A stretch of DNA of 64,000 nucleotides from Limisphaerales bacterium (lineage in GTDB: Bacteria; Verrucomicrobiota; Verrucomicrobiia; Limisphaerales; UBA8199): assembly GCA_044223735.1 (NCBI GenBank), contig JBGALR010000003.1:183038-247037 (forward strand). Direction: 5' to 3'. Position numbers and translations under genes: made by a program. Position 1 is the first letter of the stretch, and each line of letters begins with the position of its first letter. Below, piece after piece: positions 53,528 through 63,837 of this stretch. Below the pieces are notes generated by a model. It worked only from the letters and a program-made list of their open reading frames with translations, had not been told where the DNA came from and did not search any database.

Positions 53528-54442
53528 ATGAATGACTTCCTGGCCAAGGCGCCGTTTGATCTTTATGAACTGGCGCTGTTTCAGCTCGTGGTGCGGCATC
53601 GAAGTTTTACGCGGGCAGCCGCCGAGGCGGGTTTGACGCAAAGCGCGATCACCCGGCAAGTGCAGGGTGTGGAGGAAAGTCTGGGTGTGCAGTTGCTGGA
53701 GCGTACCACCCGGACGGTAAGGCTGACGCCCGCCGGCGACTTCTTGAATCGCGAGGCGTCCCGGCTGCTGGGCGAAGTGGATGATTCCCTCCGGCATCTG
53801 ACCCAGGAATTTGCCGGGGCACGGAAGGAAATTCGTGTGGGCGTTTCGCGAACGATCGGGCTGGCGTATTTGCCGGGATTCTTTCACGCCAACGTGCGGC
53901 GAGCACCGACGGTGGGTTATCGCGTCACGTCCCAATCGAGCGGCGAAATTCTGACGCGCCTCGAAGTCGGCGAATTGGACGTGGGTGTGGTCTGCCCTCC
54001 CGCGAGACTCCCAAAGACTGTGCGCGTGACTCATCGCTTCGCTGACACCTTTGCGGTGATAGCGGCGACGGAGTTTGCGGCTGATGTTTCAGCGCCGGTC
54101 AGGACAAAGGCGCGAACGGAATGGATTCAAAGGCAAAACTGGTTGTTGATCGAAGAGCAGACTCAAACCGGACAGCGGCTCGCTTCGTGGATGCGTCAGC
54201 AGGATTGGTCCATCAAACCGATCATGCAGTTGGATAATTTCGATCTGATTATCAACCTGGTTTCACTCGGGATGGGAATCAGCATGGTTCCGGCCCGCGC
54301 GCTCGCATTGTACAATCAGCGACAAAAGATTATCCGCGTGCCGACGGCTGCCCGCTTCACGAGGGAACTTGTGGTGGTGGTGCGCAAGAATCGCAAGCCG
54401 CCGCCGCACATCGAGCAGTTTATTGCCAACGTGCTATTTTGA
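53528..54442 (+). CDS. LysR-family transcriptional regulator
   Basis: N-terminal HTH 'LALFQLVVRHRSFTRAAAEAGLTQSAITRQVQGVEESLGVQLLER' followed by a substrate-binding domain. Confidence 0.9.
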   Translation: MNDFLAKAPFDLYELALFQLVVRHRSFTRAAAEAGLTQSAITRQVQGVEESLGVQLLERTTRTVRLTPAGDFLNREASRLLGEVDDSLRHLTQEFAGARKEIRVGVSRTIGLAYLPGFFHANVRRAPTVGYRVTSQSSGEILTRLEVGELDVGVVCPPARLPKTVRVTHRFADTFAVIAATEFAADVSAPVRTKARTEWIQRQNWLLIEEQTQTGQRLASWMRQQDWSIKPIMQLDNFDLIINLVSLGMGISMVPARALALYNQRQKIIRVPTAARFTRELVVVVRKNRKPPPHIEQFIANVLF

Positions 54443-54463
54443 GAGGCGCTCGGTTGCCGGTTC

Positions 54464-56077
54464 TCACTTCGCCTGCTTCTGGCTGTATTCCAGGGCGGCG
54501 GCGATGAAGCCTTTGAAGAGCGGATGGGGGACGTGGGGCTTGCTACGAAACTCGGGATGAAACTGGCTCCCGATGTAGAAAGGATGATCGGGTAATTCGA
54601 TGATTTCAACCAGCTTTCCGTCGGGCGTGCGGCCGCTGAAAACAAAGCCGGCTTTCTGAAATTTTTCGGAGTAGGCGTTGTTAAATTCGTAACGGTGACG
54701 ATGGCGTTCCTTAATGACGAAGGCACCGTAAAGTTGTGCGGTTTTCGTGCCGACGGTCAACTGGCAGGGCTGGGCGCCGAGGCGCATGGTGCCGCCTTTT
54801 TTGGTGACGCGCGTTTGCTCGTCGAGCATGGCGATGACGGGGTCGGGCGTCTCCAGGTCGAACTCCGTGGAGTGGGCCTTGGGCAGCTTCAGGACGTTGC
54901 GCGCAAATTCGATGGTGGCGATTTGCATTCCCAGACAAAGCCCGAGGTAGGGCATTTGATGCTCGCGGGCGTATTGAGCCGCGAGAATCTTCCCCTCGAT
55001 GCCGCGTTCACCAAATCCGCCAGGGACCAGGACACCGCTCAAGCCTTTCAAATACCGCTCGGGTCCGTCGCGCTCGATTGCCTCGGCGTCGAGCTTTTCG
55101 ATGCCGACACCGCAGTCGTTGGCAACGCCGCCATGGCTGATCGCTTCGTACACTGATTTGTAGGCATCCTGCAATTCGATGTATTTACCCACCACGCCGA
55201 TCTTCAAATGATGCTGCGGCGCGGTCATCTTGCGGATGATCTCCTTCCAATACGCCATGTTCGTCGGCGGCGCGTCGAGGCGGAGCAACTGCAAGACGAG
55301 GTCGTCCATCTTTTCTCGCTGCAACATCAGCGGCACCTCGTAAATGGTCTTTTCCACGTCCTGCTCCTCAATCACGGCGTCGAAGGGGACATTGCAAAAA
55401 AGCGAGATCTTCTGGCGCACTTCCTTGCCGAGCGGCCATTCACAGCGGCAGACGATGATGTGCGGTGCGATGCCGATTTCGCGCAGTTTGGCGATTGATT
55501 GCTGCGTCGGCTTGGTCTTGAGTTCGCCGGCGGCCTTGATAAACGGCACATAAGTGACGTGAACGAAAATCGCGTTGTTGTAGCCGACTTCGAGCGCAAA
55601 TTCCCGGATGGCCTCCAGAAACGGCAGTCCCTCGATATCGCCGGTCGTGCCGCCGATTTCGGTGATTAAAACATCCGCCTTGCTCTGTTCGCCCAGATAG
55701 CGGATGCGGTTTTTAATTTCATCAGTCACGTGCGGAATCACCTGCACGGTTTTGCCGAGATATTTTCCTTCGCGCTCGTTGTTAAGGACCTTTTGGTACA
55801 CCTGGCCGCTGGTCAGATTGTTGAGCCGCGTCAACTCGGTATGCGTGAAACGTTCGTAATGACCCAAATCAAGGTCGGTTTCCGCGCCGTCATCCAGCAC
55901 ATACACTTCACCGTGCTGGTAGGGATTCATCGTCCCAGGATCGACGTTGAGGTAGGGGTCAAACTTTTGCAGCGACACCTTCACACCGCGGTTTTCCAGC
56001 AGGGTGCCAAGTGACGCAGCCGTCAAGCCTTTACCCAGGGAGCTGACCACGCCGCCGGTGACAAAAATATATTTCAT
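54464..56077 (-). CDS. pyrG: CTP synthase
   Basis: '[17 protein letters not shown]'; glutamine amidotransferase region 'GLCLGMQ'. Confidence 0.95.
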   Translation of the reverse strand: MKYIFVTGGVVSSLGKGLTAASLGTLLENRGVKVSLQKFDPYLNVDPGTMNPYQHGEVYVLDDGAETDLDLGHYERFTHTELTRLNNLTSGQVYQKVLNNEREGKYLGKTVQVIPHVTDEIKNRIRYLGEQSKADVLITEIGGTTGDIEGLPFLEAIREFALEVGYNNAIFVHVTYVPFIKAAGELKTKPTQQSIAKLREIGIAPHIIVCRCEWPLGKEVRQKISLFCNVPFDAVIEEQDVEKTIYEVPLMLQREKMDDLVLQLLRLDAPPTNMAYWKEIIRKMTAPQHHLKIGVVGKYIELQDAYKSVYEAISHGGVANDCGVGIEKLDAEAIERDGPERYLKGLSGVLVPGGFGERGIEGKILAAQYAREHQMPYLGLCLGMQIATIEFARNVLKLPKAHSTEFDLETPDPVIAMLDEQTRVTKKGGTMRLGAQPCQLTVGTKTAQLYGAFVIKERHRHRYEFNNAYSEKFQKAGFVFSGRTPDGKLVEIIELPDHPFYIGSQFHPEFRSKPHVPHPLFKGFIAAALEYSQKQAK

Positions 56078-56095
56078 TAAATCGCTGCCTGTTCT

Positions 56096-56842
56096 TCAGA
56101 CCGTTCGCACACCCAACAATTTTTCTACCCGCTTCACATCCACGGGCACATCCACCCCCACGCTGTCGTATTCCACCGTCACGACTTTGATCGCCATCCC
56201 GTTTTCCAGAGCCCGCAATTGCTCCAATTTCTCCGCGTTTTCCAAAGGCGACGCCGGGAATTTAACCAGCCGCAACAATGACTCGCGGCGGTAACCGTAA
56301 ATGCCGAGATGCTTCAAAAAAGGAAACGCCGCCAACTGTTCGATCGCGGAACGACTGGCGGCCTCGCGCAGATACGGGATCGCGCGACGGGAAAAATATA
56401 ACGCCCGGCCAGCGACGTTGACAACGACTTTTACAACATTTGGGTTTTCATATTCCCCGGGATCCTGAATCGGCGTCGCCGCCGTGGACATTTCGGCGTC
56501 CGACAACGCCGCCGCGACGGTATCGATGACCGCCGGATCGATGAGCGGTTCGTCGCCTTGAATATTTACGATGGCGTCGCACGGGTTGCGGCCGGCCACT
56601 TCGGCGATGCGGTCCGAGCCGCTGGGATGATTGGATTCGGTCATCTCCACCCGGCAAAAATTCTGCGCCACCTCCCAGATGCGGGTGTCGTCGGTGGCGA
56701 CGATCACTTCCGAAAGCGATTTCGCCTGCTGGCAGCGCTCCACCACATGCTGAATAAGCGGTTTGCCGGCAATCAACGCCAGCGGTTTGCCCGGAAATCG
56801 CGTGGAAGCGTAACGGGCGGGAATAATGCCAAGCACTTTCAT
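56096..56842 (-). CDS. kdsB: 3-deoxy-manno-octulosonate cytidylyltransferase
   Basis: ATG at 56842. 'MKVLGIIPARYASTRFPGKPL' and 'VNIQGDEPLI'. Confidence 0.9.
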   Translation of the reverse strand: MKVLGIIPARYASTRFPGKPLALIAGKPLIQHVVERCQQAKSLSEVIVATDDTRIWEVAQNFCRVEMTESNHPSGSDRIAEVAGRNPCDAIVNIQGDEPLIDPAVIDTVAAALSDAEMSTAATPIQDPGEYENPNVVKVVVNVAGRALYFSRRAIPYLREAASRSAIEQLAAFPFLKHLGIYGYRRESLLRLVKFPASPLENAEKLEQLRALENGMAIKVVTVEYDSVGVDVPVDVKRVEKLLGVRTV

Positions 56843-56941
56843 GGAATTTGATTTAATCAGAGGCGGCCGAAAATGCACGGCGGAAATGCCCTTGCCTCCA
56901 AAAAGCGCGTAGAAATGGTCGCGGGCCGGACGGAGTGGTAA

Positions 56942-58477
56942 CTATTTATCGGCGAGATGCCGGGACTGGCGTTTCGGCAATCGCGGGGTTTTCCCGCGCA
57001 CTTCTTCGGCGGAATCGCTCGCGGGCAGGAAATCTTTCAAAAAGGCGGGTTTGTCGTGGCGGCCACCATTGCGGTAGTCGGCCCAGAGCGCTGCCGCAAC
57101 TTGCCGCACGTCCAGCTTCGCCTCTTCGGTGAGAAACCGGAATACCAGTTCCATCAAGCGAATCAGCGCGATGCCGTCGGTGCGGCCCACGCGCTGGTGC
57201 AGCCATTCACTCCAGCGCATGAACGCGACGAAGGCTGACGGCTGATTCATCCAGAGAAGCGGGGTGGTGGCGACGAAATTGCCGCTGTTGCCCACGAGAT
57301 CCCAATAGCGCGCGAATCGCCGCAGCTTTTGCATCGTGGCGAAATCGATCAGTTTGTTCTGCAAAATTTCGTAGGGCGGTTGCGGATTGTAGATCATCTG
57401 CCATTCGGCATCGTGGCGAATGATGGGCGTGCCGCGCAGGCGTTTCAGTATACCCACCTGAATTTCCTGCGGCCCGAGCGCAAGGAGCCGGTCGAAGCCA
57501 GCGCCGAAACTTTCGAGCGACTCGCCGGGCAGGCCGACAATGAGGTCGGCGTGAATATGCACGCCGGTGTCGCGCCGCAGGAAGTGAAAATTTTCCGCCA
57601 GACGCTGCAAGTTCTGGCGGCGATGAATCAGCGCGGCGGTTTGCTCGTTAAAGGTCTGAACACCAACTTCGAATTGGAGGGTTCCGGCTGGAAACCGCGC
57701 AATTACTTCGCGCAAACCTTCCGGCAACCGGTCCGGCACCATTTCGAAATGGAAGAAATGGCCGGGACGATAGTGTTCGAGGAAGAATTCGAGAATGGCG
57801 CGGCTGACGGGGAGGTTCAGATTGAAAGTACGGTCAACGAACTTGAATTGTTTTACCCCGCGATCAATCAATCTTTTCAACTGCTCCATCAAGGCGGGCA
57901 GGGCAGCCTGACGCACCGGAATATCGAGTGACGACAGGCAAAACTCGCACGAAAACGGGCAGCCGCGGGAGGCTTCGATGTAAATGATGCGATGTGCCAC
58001 GTCCTGCTCGTCGTAGAGATCATAGGGCAGGACGAGCTGCGAAAAGTCGGGAAGACCGGCGGGAATGATTTTATCCCTGGGTGGAGTGCCGGAAAGTATC
58101 CGCCGGCAAACCTCGGCGAATTTCAGGTCCGCTTCGCCCGTGATGACGTAATCGGCCAGTTGGACAATGAGCTGGTGCCCGACCTCGTAGCTCACTTCCG
58201 GACCGCCGAGCACGATGGTGATGTCCGGTCGCAATCGTTTGATCGCGGCCACCACTTCGTTCGTGGGCGAAACGTTCCAGATATAAATGCCGAGCCCGAT
58301 GATCTTTGGGTTTCGCGCGAGCAAAACTTCCGCGATGTCCACCGGGCGTTGATTGATATCGAACTCGAGGATGGCAGCCGCGGGACGTAGCGAGCCGAGA
58401 TTGGCGAGCAGATAACGCAAGCCAAACGCGGCATGGATGTATTTCGCGTTGAGCGTGCTAAGGACGATATCGGCCAT
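56942..58477 (-). CDS. B12-binding-domain radical SAM protein (DUF4080-type C-terminus)
   Basis: An N-terminal B12-like domain, then 'EASRGCPFSCEFCLSS' (CxxxCxxC), in a 511-aa protein. Confidence 0.8.
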   Translation of the reverse strand: MADIVLSTLNAKYIHAAFGLRYLLANLGSLRPAAAILEFDINQRPVDIAEVLLARNPKIIGLGIYIWNVSPTNEVVAAIKRLRPDITIVLGGPEVSYEVGHQLIVQLADYVITGEADLKFAEVCRRILSGTPPRDKIIPAGLPDFSQLVLPYDLYDEQDVAHRIIYIEASRGCPFSCEFCLSSLDIPVRQAALPALMEQLKRLIDRGVKQFKFVDRTFNLNLPVSRAILEFFLEHYRPGHFFHFEMVPDRLPEGLREVIARFPAGTLQFEVGVQTFNEQTAALIHRRQNLQRLAENFHFLRRDTGVHIHADLIVGLPGESLESFGAGFDRLLALGPQEIQVGILKRLRGTPIIRHDAEWQMIYNPQPPYEILQNKLIDFATMQKLRRFARYWDLVGNSGNFVATTPLLWMNQPSAFVAFMRWSEWLHQRVGRTDGIALIRLMELVFRFLTEEAKLDVRQVAAALWADYRNGGRHDKPAFLKDFLPASDSAEEVRGKTPRLPKRQSRHLADK

Positions 58478-58565
58478 CGTGACAGCAAGTTACCAGCGTG
58501 GCGGTGGGGAGCAAGTCTGCGTGGCGTGCCGTGCGCGGAGGGACTATAGTGTTTTTGTGAACTTC

Positions 58566-59279
58566 ATGGCACGTATGGATGACTGGTGGTCATCGCTGAA
58601 AGGCCGCGAAGCATCAACGTCGGAACTACCCGCTCCCGCGGGCGACGATTTCATGTCGGCGCGTGAGACGATGGTGGTTGATCAGTTGATGCGGCGTTCT
58701 CGCGGCATCACGGACTCCCGCGTCCTCCTGGCCATGAAAAAAGTTCCCCGCCACGAGTTTGTGCCTGAAGTTTTTCGGAAACATGCGTATGAGGACCGGC
58801 CTTTGCCGATCGGTTACGACCAGACGATTTCACAGCCTTATGTCGTCGCCTTCATGACGGAGCAGCTGAATCTTAAACCAACCGATCGTGTGCTCGAAAT
58901 CGGCACCGGCTCCGGTTACCAGACAGCCTTGCTGGCGGAACTGGCGGGCGAGGTGTTCAGCATCGAAATCGTGAGAGACCTGGCGGAACCAACGGCCGCG
59001 CTTTTAAGAAAACTGGGCTACGCGAAAATTCATTTGCGGGTTGCGGACGGATCGGAAGGCTGGCCAGAAGCGGCGCCATTTGACGCCATCATCGGAACGT
59101 GTGCGCCTGAGGCGGTGCCGCAGCCGCTGATGGAGCAATTGAAGGATGGAGGGCGGATGGTGATCCCCGTGGGTGGGGCGGGAAAACAGGAGCTGATTGT
59201 GCTGGCAAAACAGGGCGGAGTGATGGAGCAGAGAGCAGTTCTGCAGGTGCATTTCGTGCCCATGACGAGGTTGGAATGA
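58566..59279 (+). CDS. pcm: Protein-L-isoaspartate O-methyltransferase
   Basis: ATG at 58566. 'TISQPYVVAFM', 'VLEIGTGSGYQTALLA', 'APFDAIIGTCA'. Confidence 0.88.
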   Translation: MARMDDWWSSLKGREASTSELPAPAGDDFMSARETMVVDQLMRRSRGITDSRVLLAMKKVPRHEFVPEVFRKHAYEDRPLPIGYDQTISQPYVVAFMTEQLNLKPTDRVLEIGTGSGYQTALLAELAGEVFSIEIVRDLAEPTAALLRKLGYAKIHLRVADGSEGWPEAAPFDAIIGTCAPEAVPQPLMEQLKDGGRMVIPVGGAGKQELIVLAKQGGVMEQRAVLQVHFVPMTRLE

Positions 59280-59346
59280 CCCTCGCTGGCAGCAAATTGC
59301 GACAAGTTTGAAAATAGGCGGTTTTGGGAAAGGGAGGGCATGACTC

Positions 59347-60042
59347 TTGCGTTCATTAAAATTGCGAACGCATATGTATTCCGATTTTTGTGACTCATCC
59401 TCCCCGACCACCGAGTTTGAAGTTTTGTTGGACGGCCAACCGGTAGACCTGCCTCCGCAACGCCGCTCGCCCGGGGCCATTCGTTCCTATTTGGAAACGC
59501 TGGCGATGGAACAACAGCGAATTCTTTGGTTGTTCAGCATCGACGGCGAAGCAGAGAGTTCCGCCAATCTCTTGTCGGCCCCCGGACAATTTCTGCGAAT
59601 CATCGGAGAAACCATCGCGCTGGATCAGATGCCGCTGCAACTGGTCGAGAATGCCATTCAACAAACGGTGAAGGTGCAGGCGCAAGTGCGGTCGGCGGTC
59701 ACGCAGGTGATGATCAATGCCCGGGGACCAGCTTGCGAGCTGTGGTGGAGTTTGACCAGAGGGTTGAAGCAGCCCTTGCTCACGCTGAGTTTGCTGCCGG
59801 AAAACAACGGCGGTTCCGGTGGCTCCGTCGCGTCGCTTATGCAGTTGCGCCGCTGGCAGTTGGAACAACTCGGCGGGATTATCCGGGAAGTCGACCGCTG
59901 CAGTCAGTCGGAGGATACGACACTCTTGTCGGACGCGCTCGAAAGCCGCGTGCTGCCCTGGTTGGAAAATTTGCGGGAATCCCTTGATTTGCTTCGGCTT
60001 ACCCTGGTTGCAGCGCGGGATTTGGCTCGTCACGCGCGATAA
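59347..60042 (+). CDS. Hypothetical protein
   Basis: 231-aa ORF (alternative ATG at 59374). No recognisable motif. The composition looks coding. Confidence 0.4.
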   Translation: MRSLKLRTHMYSDFCDSSSPTTEFEVLLDGQPVDLPPQRRSPGAIRSYLETLAMEQQRILWLFSIDGEAESSANLLSAPGQFLRIIGETIALDQMPLQLVENAIQQTVKVQAQVRSAVTQVMINARGPACELWWSLTRGLKQPLLTLSLLPENNGGSGGSVASLMQLRRWQLEQLGGIIREVDRCSQSEDTTLLSDALESRVLPWLENLRESLDLLRLTLVAARDLARHAR

Positions 60043-60220
60043 TTCCCGCCCTTTGCCAGTCCAGCCGGACCCTGCGTGGGTCGTGTGTACGTCCTTGAGA
60101 CGATGGTGCTCAAGAAATTGACACCCCTGCTGCGTCACGACTCGCCTTTCCGGCTTGTATCGCGCTGTTGGCGAATGCGATGATGCCTGGCCATGCTGGC
60201 AATTCGCGCCAGGGTGGCGT

Positions 60221-60649
60221 ATGAAAAACCTTCTCATCAGCCTCTCCTGGATACTTGCCACGTTGGGATTGTACGCGGCGTTGGTTGTCCTCGAATTTCT
60301 CTGGAACGTTCCCGCCTGGGAGCCAAACGCTGGCGTTTACTCGTGGCTGCTGATCGGTGGAGTGGCCGTGTTGCTGGCTGCATTCTGGTGTCTGGGCCGG
60401 GCGTCGGTCAATCTTGCGACCCGACTCGTTTCACTCGTTGCTTGCCTGTGCCTTGTGGGGCTGGCGATTTACATCATGCCAGCGGAACCGCTTAAGACCG
60501 GCTTGTTCGCGCGCCTTACCGCCAGTCCGCTGTGGTATCGCGGGGGCCGTTCGCTCGCCATGGCGCTCCCTGCGGTCTTTTGGGTAATGGGCTGGGTGCG
60601 ATCGCGTGCGCGTGCATCGCTGCAAACGACGGTGGAAGCCGCTGATTGA
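60221..60649 (+). CDS. Hypothetical membrane protein (4 TM)
   Basis: ATG at 60221 ('MKNLLISLSWILATLGLYAALVVLEF'). Four hydrophobic segments. Confidence 0.5.
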   Translation: MKNLLISLSWILATLGLYAALVVLEFLWNVPAWEPNAGVYSWLLIGGVAVLLAAFWCLGRASVNLATRLVSLVACLCLVGLAIYIMPAEPLKTGLFARLTASPLWYRGGRSLAMALPAVFWVMGWVRSRARASLQTTVEAAD

Positions 60650-60766
60650 TTACCCTTGATTTCCCTGCGCTGGGGCGGCATCCGGATTTTTGCGGATAAT
60701 ATAGTTGTCAAGAAATGCTGGCATTTCCCAAGCTGACCGATAGGATTGATTGAATTTGTGACGCCA

Positions 60767-61159
60767 ATGACTGCATCGGGATTTCCACCAAGACGAATTC
60801 TCGTCGTCGATGACGAGCCGCTCGTCTGTGACGCGGTCAAGATGATGTTGAATTTCGACGGGCACGTGGTGGAAACGGCAACCAATGGCAAAGAGGCCCT
60901 GGCGATATTTGACACGGCAAAATTCGACCTGGTCATCACCGATTTCGAAATGCCCGCCATGAAAGGTGATGAATTGGCTGCCGCGATCAAGACTCGTTCC
61001 CCGTCCCAGCCAGTAGTGATGATTACCGCTTATGCCGAGATGTTGCACGCGGCGGGAACGCCGCTGATGGGGGTCGATTTTCTCATCAGCAAACCGTTTC
61101 TGCTCGAAAATCTCCGCGAAGCCATCGCCAAGACCACGCATAAGGCGGCGACTGCCTGA
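60767..61159 (+). CDS. Stand-alone response-regulator receiver (CheY-like)
   Basis: 'RILVVDDEPLV', 'DLVITDFEMPAMKG', 'VVMITAY', 'FLISKPF'. Confidence 0.85.
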   Translation: MTASGFPPRRILVVDDEPLVCDAVKMMLNFDGHVVETATNGKEALAIFDTAKFDLVITDFEMPAMKGDELAAAIKTRSPSQPVVMITAYAEMLHAAGTPLMGVDFLISKPFLLENLREAIAKTTHKAATA

Positions 61160-61194
61160 GGTCGCGCAAGCTTGGTCAAAAATGGACGGTCTGC

Positions 61195-62757
61195 TTACCA
61201 GTGGATCGCCTTGTAGTCCTTCAAGAACTTTCCCCAGATATGCTCGCCGGTGTTGAAACCGGCGATGATCGGATCCACGATTCGCGCGGCGCCATCCACG
61301 ATATCGAGCGGCGGATGAAAGCGATGCTCGCGCACCTTCCGCGCGGCGATTTCCAACGGGTCTTCGTCGGTCACCCATCCGGTATCCACGCTGTTCATGT
61401 GAATGCCGTCGGCCTGGTAATCCGCCGCTGACGTGCGCGTCATCATGTTGAGCGCGGCCTTGGCCATATTAGTGTGGGGATGCCGAGTCGTTTTGAACTT
61501 TCGGTAAAACTGACCTTCCACGGCGGAGACGTTCACAATGTGTTTGTCTCGCTCTGGCGTGCGCAGCATCAACGGCTTCAAACGCGCGTTGAGAATGAAA
61601 GGCGCGACTGCGTTTACCAGATGAACTTCGAGCAATTCGACTGCGGGCACTTCTGCAAGGGTGAGACGCCAGGAATTGCGATCGCGCAGATCCACTTGTT
61701 GCAGGTCCTGGTCGAGGCGGCCCTTGGGAAATAGATGATTGCGCGCGGCCAATTCCTCCGGCAGCAGCGGCACTTGCGAAAGCTCCGCTGCGTGCGCAAT
61801 GCCGGCGACCTCCGCGAAGCCCTTCGCCAGATTTCCTTCGCCCGCCGGCAACATATCGTAGCCGCGCAAACCCTCGTAGGGCCCCAACAATCGCTGGCAA
61901 CCATCGGGAAGGGAAGAGAGCGTTTCGCGTTCGCGAGCCATCATGTGTTCATAGAACTCGGGTGGCCGCCGAACGGTCTGGCAGGCGTTGTTGACGATGA
62001 AGTCCAGTCGTGAACGCGTGGTTTGCAGGTGATGACAAAACGCCTCGACACTCGGCGTATGGCGCAGATCGAGCCCGAAGATTTCGAGGCGATGGCCCCA
62101 CTCCTTAAAATCGGGCTCCTGCGCGTAACGCTGCGCCGAGTCACGGGGAAACCGGGTCGTGACAATAACTTCCGCGCCACAGCGCAGCAGCTTGATGCCG
62201 GTTTGGTAACCGATCTTGACCCGCCCCCCCGTGAGCAACGCAACGCGGCCGGTGAGGTCGGCCAGTTCGGTGCGTTTCGTAAAATTCAGTTCCGCGCAGG
62301 CGGGACAGAGTTGATCGTAAAAATGATGAATAACTGAAAAATCGCGTTTGCAGATGTAGCAATTCTGCGCCTCCCGGACTTCTCCAATGACCGGTTCCTC
62401 TTTGAGATTCCCCGGTTCGATTTCCGGCGGAGGCGCGGCATTGGGCGTCGTGAATACGGGCTTGCTACGCAATTTACGAATGCCGGTTTCATTGAGAACG
62501 GCCTGATCTTTCTGGAGTTTTTTGGCGCGCTGTTTTCGCTGGGACGCGCGGAGCAACTGCCGCCGTTCCGTCGGATCTGAACAGTATACACGGCCCGCTG
62601 CGTGCAACAGGCGAGCGCGTTCTTCAGGCGCCAACTCGGCCAGTAAGGTACGGTCGGCAGCAATCGCTTCCAGCAGCGCCGCGGCGGCCTTCAGGCGTTC
62701 GGCCATTTCATCGTTGGCGCTTCCGCCGGGCGAAACAGTTTTGGGCTCAGTGGACAT
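61195..62757 (-). CDS. SDR-family oxidoreductase with long N-terminal extension containing a CxxC...CxxC zinc ribbon
   Basis: ATG at 62757. '[22 protein letters not shown]', then '[16 protein letters not shown]', 'IVNNAC', and '[11 protein letters not shown]' where YxxxK is expected. Confidence 0.7.
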   Translation of the reverse strand: MSTEPKTVSPGGSANDEMAERLKAAAALLEAIAADRTLLAELAPEERARLLHAAGRVYCSDPTERRQLLRASQRKQRAKKLQKDQAVLNETGIRKLRSKPVFTTPNAAPPPEIEPGNLKEEPVIGEVREAQNCYICKRDFSVIHHFYDQLCPACAELNFTKRTELADLTGRVALLTGGRVKIGYQTGIKLLRCGAEVIVTTRFPRDSAQRYAQEPDFKEWGHRLEIFGLDLRHTPSVEAFCHHLQTTRSRLDFIVNNACQTVRRPPEFYEHMMARERETLSSLPDGCQRLLGPYEGLRGYDMLPAGEGNLAKGFAEVAGIAHAAELSQVPLLPEELAARNHLFPKGRLDQDLQQVDLRDRNSWRLTLAEVPAVELLEVHLVNAVAPFILNARLKPLMLRTPERDKHIVNVSAVEGQFYRKFKTTRHPHTNMAKAALNMMTRTSAADYQADGIHMNSVDTGWVTDEDPLEIAARKVREHRFHPPLDIVDGAARIVDPIIAGFNTGEHIWGKFLKDYKAIHW

Positions 62758-63041
62758 CGTTATTTGATAATCCCCCGATGATAACGAGTTTCGGAGCGAT
62801 GGCGAATCCGGAATTTGGGTGGCGACGGGGGAGATTGCCGGCCTGGAGTGGCGCAAACGAGGTGGTGCATCTACAAGTGAAGCGCCGCGCCTGGGCACGA
62901 ATGCCTCACCTGACTCGCCTACGTGCTATGCCAGACCGGCAAATAATGAAAGTCTCTTGTTGCCTCGCACCTGCTCAGGAAAGAAATTTTCTCTCTGCGT
63001 TGTGCGGTCTCGATAATTTGACTGTTCCGAACGCGGCGGAT

Positions 63042-63542
63042 TCAAAAAGAAAGCCTCTCCGCCGGGTCAGGCAGGGTCGTGCCGCAAGTCCAGTCCGTCG
63101 GCAGCGTCGTACCCGCCTGATCTGGCAGCGTGAGAAAAAGAGTCTTGAAACCGGGATCGATCAGCCGACGCTGACGCTCGCTCTTGGATTCACGCACGAG
63201 ATTTCTGATTGTCTTCAACAGCAACGGCAGGTGCAGCGGCTTTTCCATCAGCGCATCGACGCCCAACTGCGTGGCGCGATTTTCCTGATGCGAGCGGGCG
63301 GTGATTAAAATGATCGGCACGCCGGGGACGGTGTCGCACAGCGAATCCAAGCCGGGCCATTCCTGCTCGTCCGCTAATTCGAGATCGAATAACGCCAGAT
63401 CGGGCGAGAGGGTCAACAGTTTTTCAGCGGCCTCGGAACCGCTTCTGGCGGACAGGACGGTGTATTGCTCCAGCTCCAACACGCGCGCCAGATTTTCTCG
63501 CACGGACGCGTCGGCATCAGCGAGCAGGATTGTCTTTTTCAT
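63042..63542 (-). CDS. Response-regulator receiver protein with short C-terminal extension
   Basis: 'KKTILLADADASVRENL', 'DLALFDLEL', 'PIILITAR', 'ALMEKPL'. Confidence 0.8.
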   Translation of the reverse strand: MKKTILLADADASVRENLARVLELEQYTVLSARSGSEAAEKLLTLSPDLALFDLELADEQEWPGLDSLCDTVPGVPIILITARSHQENRATQLGVDALMEKPLHLPLLLKTIRNLVRESKSERQRRLIDPGFKTLFLTLPDQAGTTLPTDWTCGTTLPDPAERLSF

Positions 63543-63744
63543 AACGGACAGTTAACAATGGGCTGGCTTGTATGTAGCGGGGACCATGCCAAGATTACGG
63601 CGGGTGGGTGGTCGTAACGGGCTTATCATTGGGCGGCGAACGGAAGCCTTGAAAGCAAAGGGCCAGATGCGTGTCCTTGTTCTGCATCGCTATTGGGAGC
63701 GACCGTGTTTAATTATCATGTGTGAGTGGGCCGCTGCTAAACGG

Positions 63745-63797
63745 ATTTGCCATGGGGCAAAGTGAATTTGCACGGGGCAATAGTTGGCAAATAATAT
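63745..63797 (+). promoter_or_regulatory. Tandem ATTTGC-N2/3-GGGGCAA sites overlapping a sigma70-like promoter
   Basis: ATTTGCCATGGGGCAA at 63745-60 and ATTTGCACGGGGCAA at 63766-80. TTGCAC at 63768-73, an 18-nt spacer, then TAATAT at 63792-97. The downstream ATG is at 63838. Confidence 0.3.
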
Positions 63798-63837
63798 TCT
63801 TGAGCCTTCTGGTGACGGTCTGGTCTATATTGCGACG

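Noticed and set aside
63784-63805. Sigma54 promoter at TTGGCAAATAATATTCTTGAG
   Set aside because: A GG is present, but there is no GC dinucleotide at the required 10-11-nt spacing (TGGCAC-N5-TTGC).
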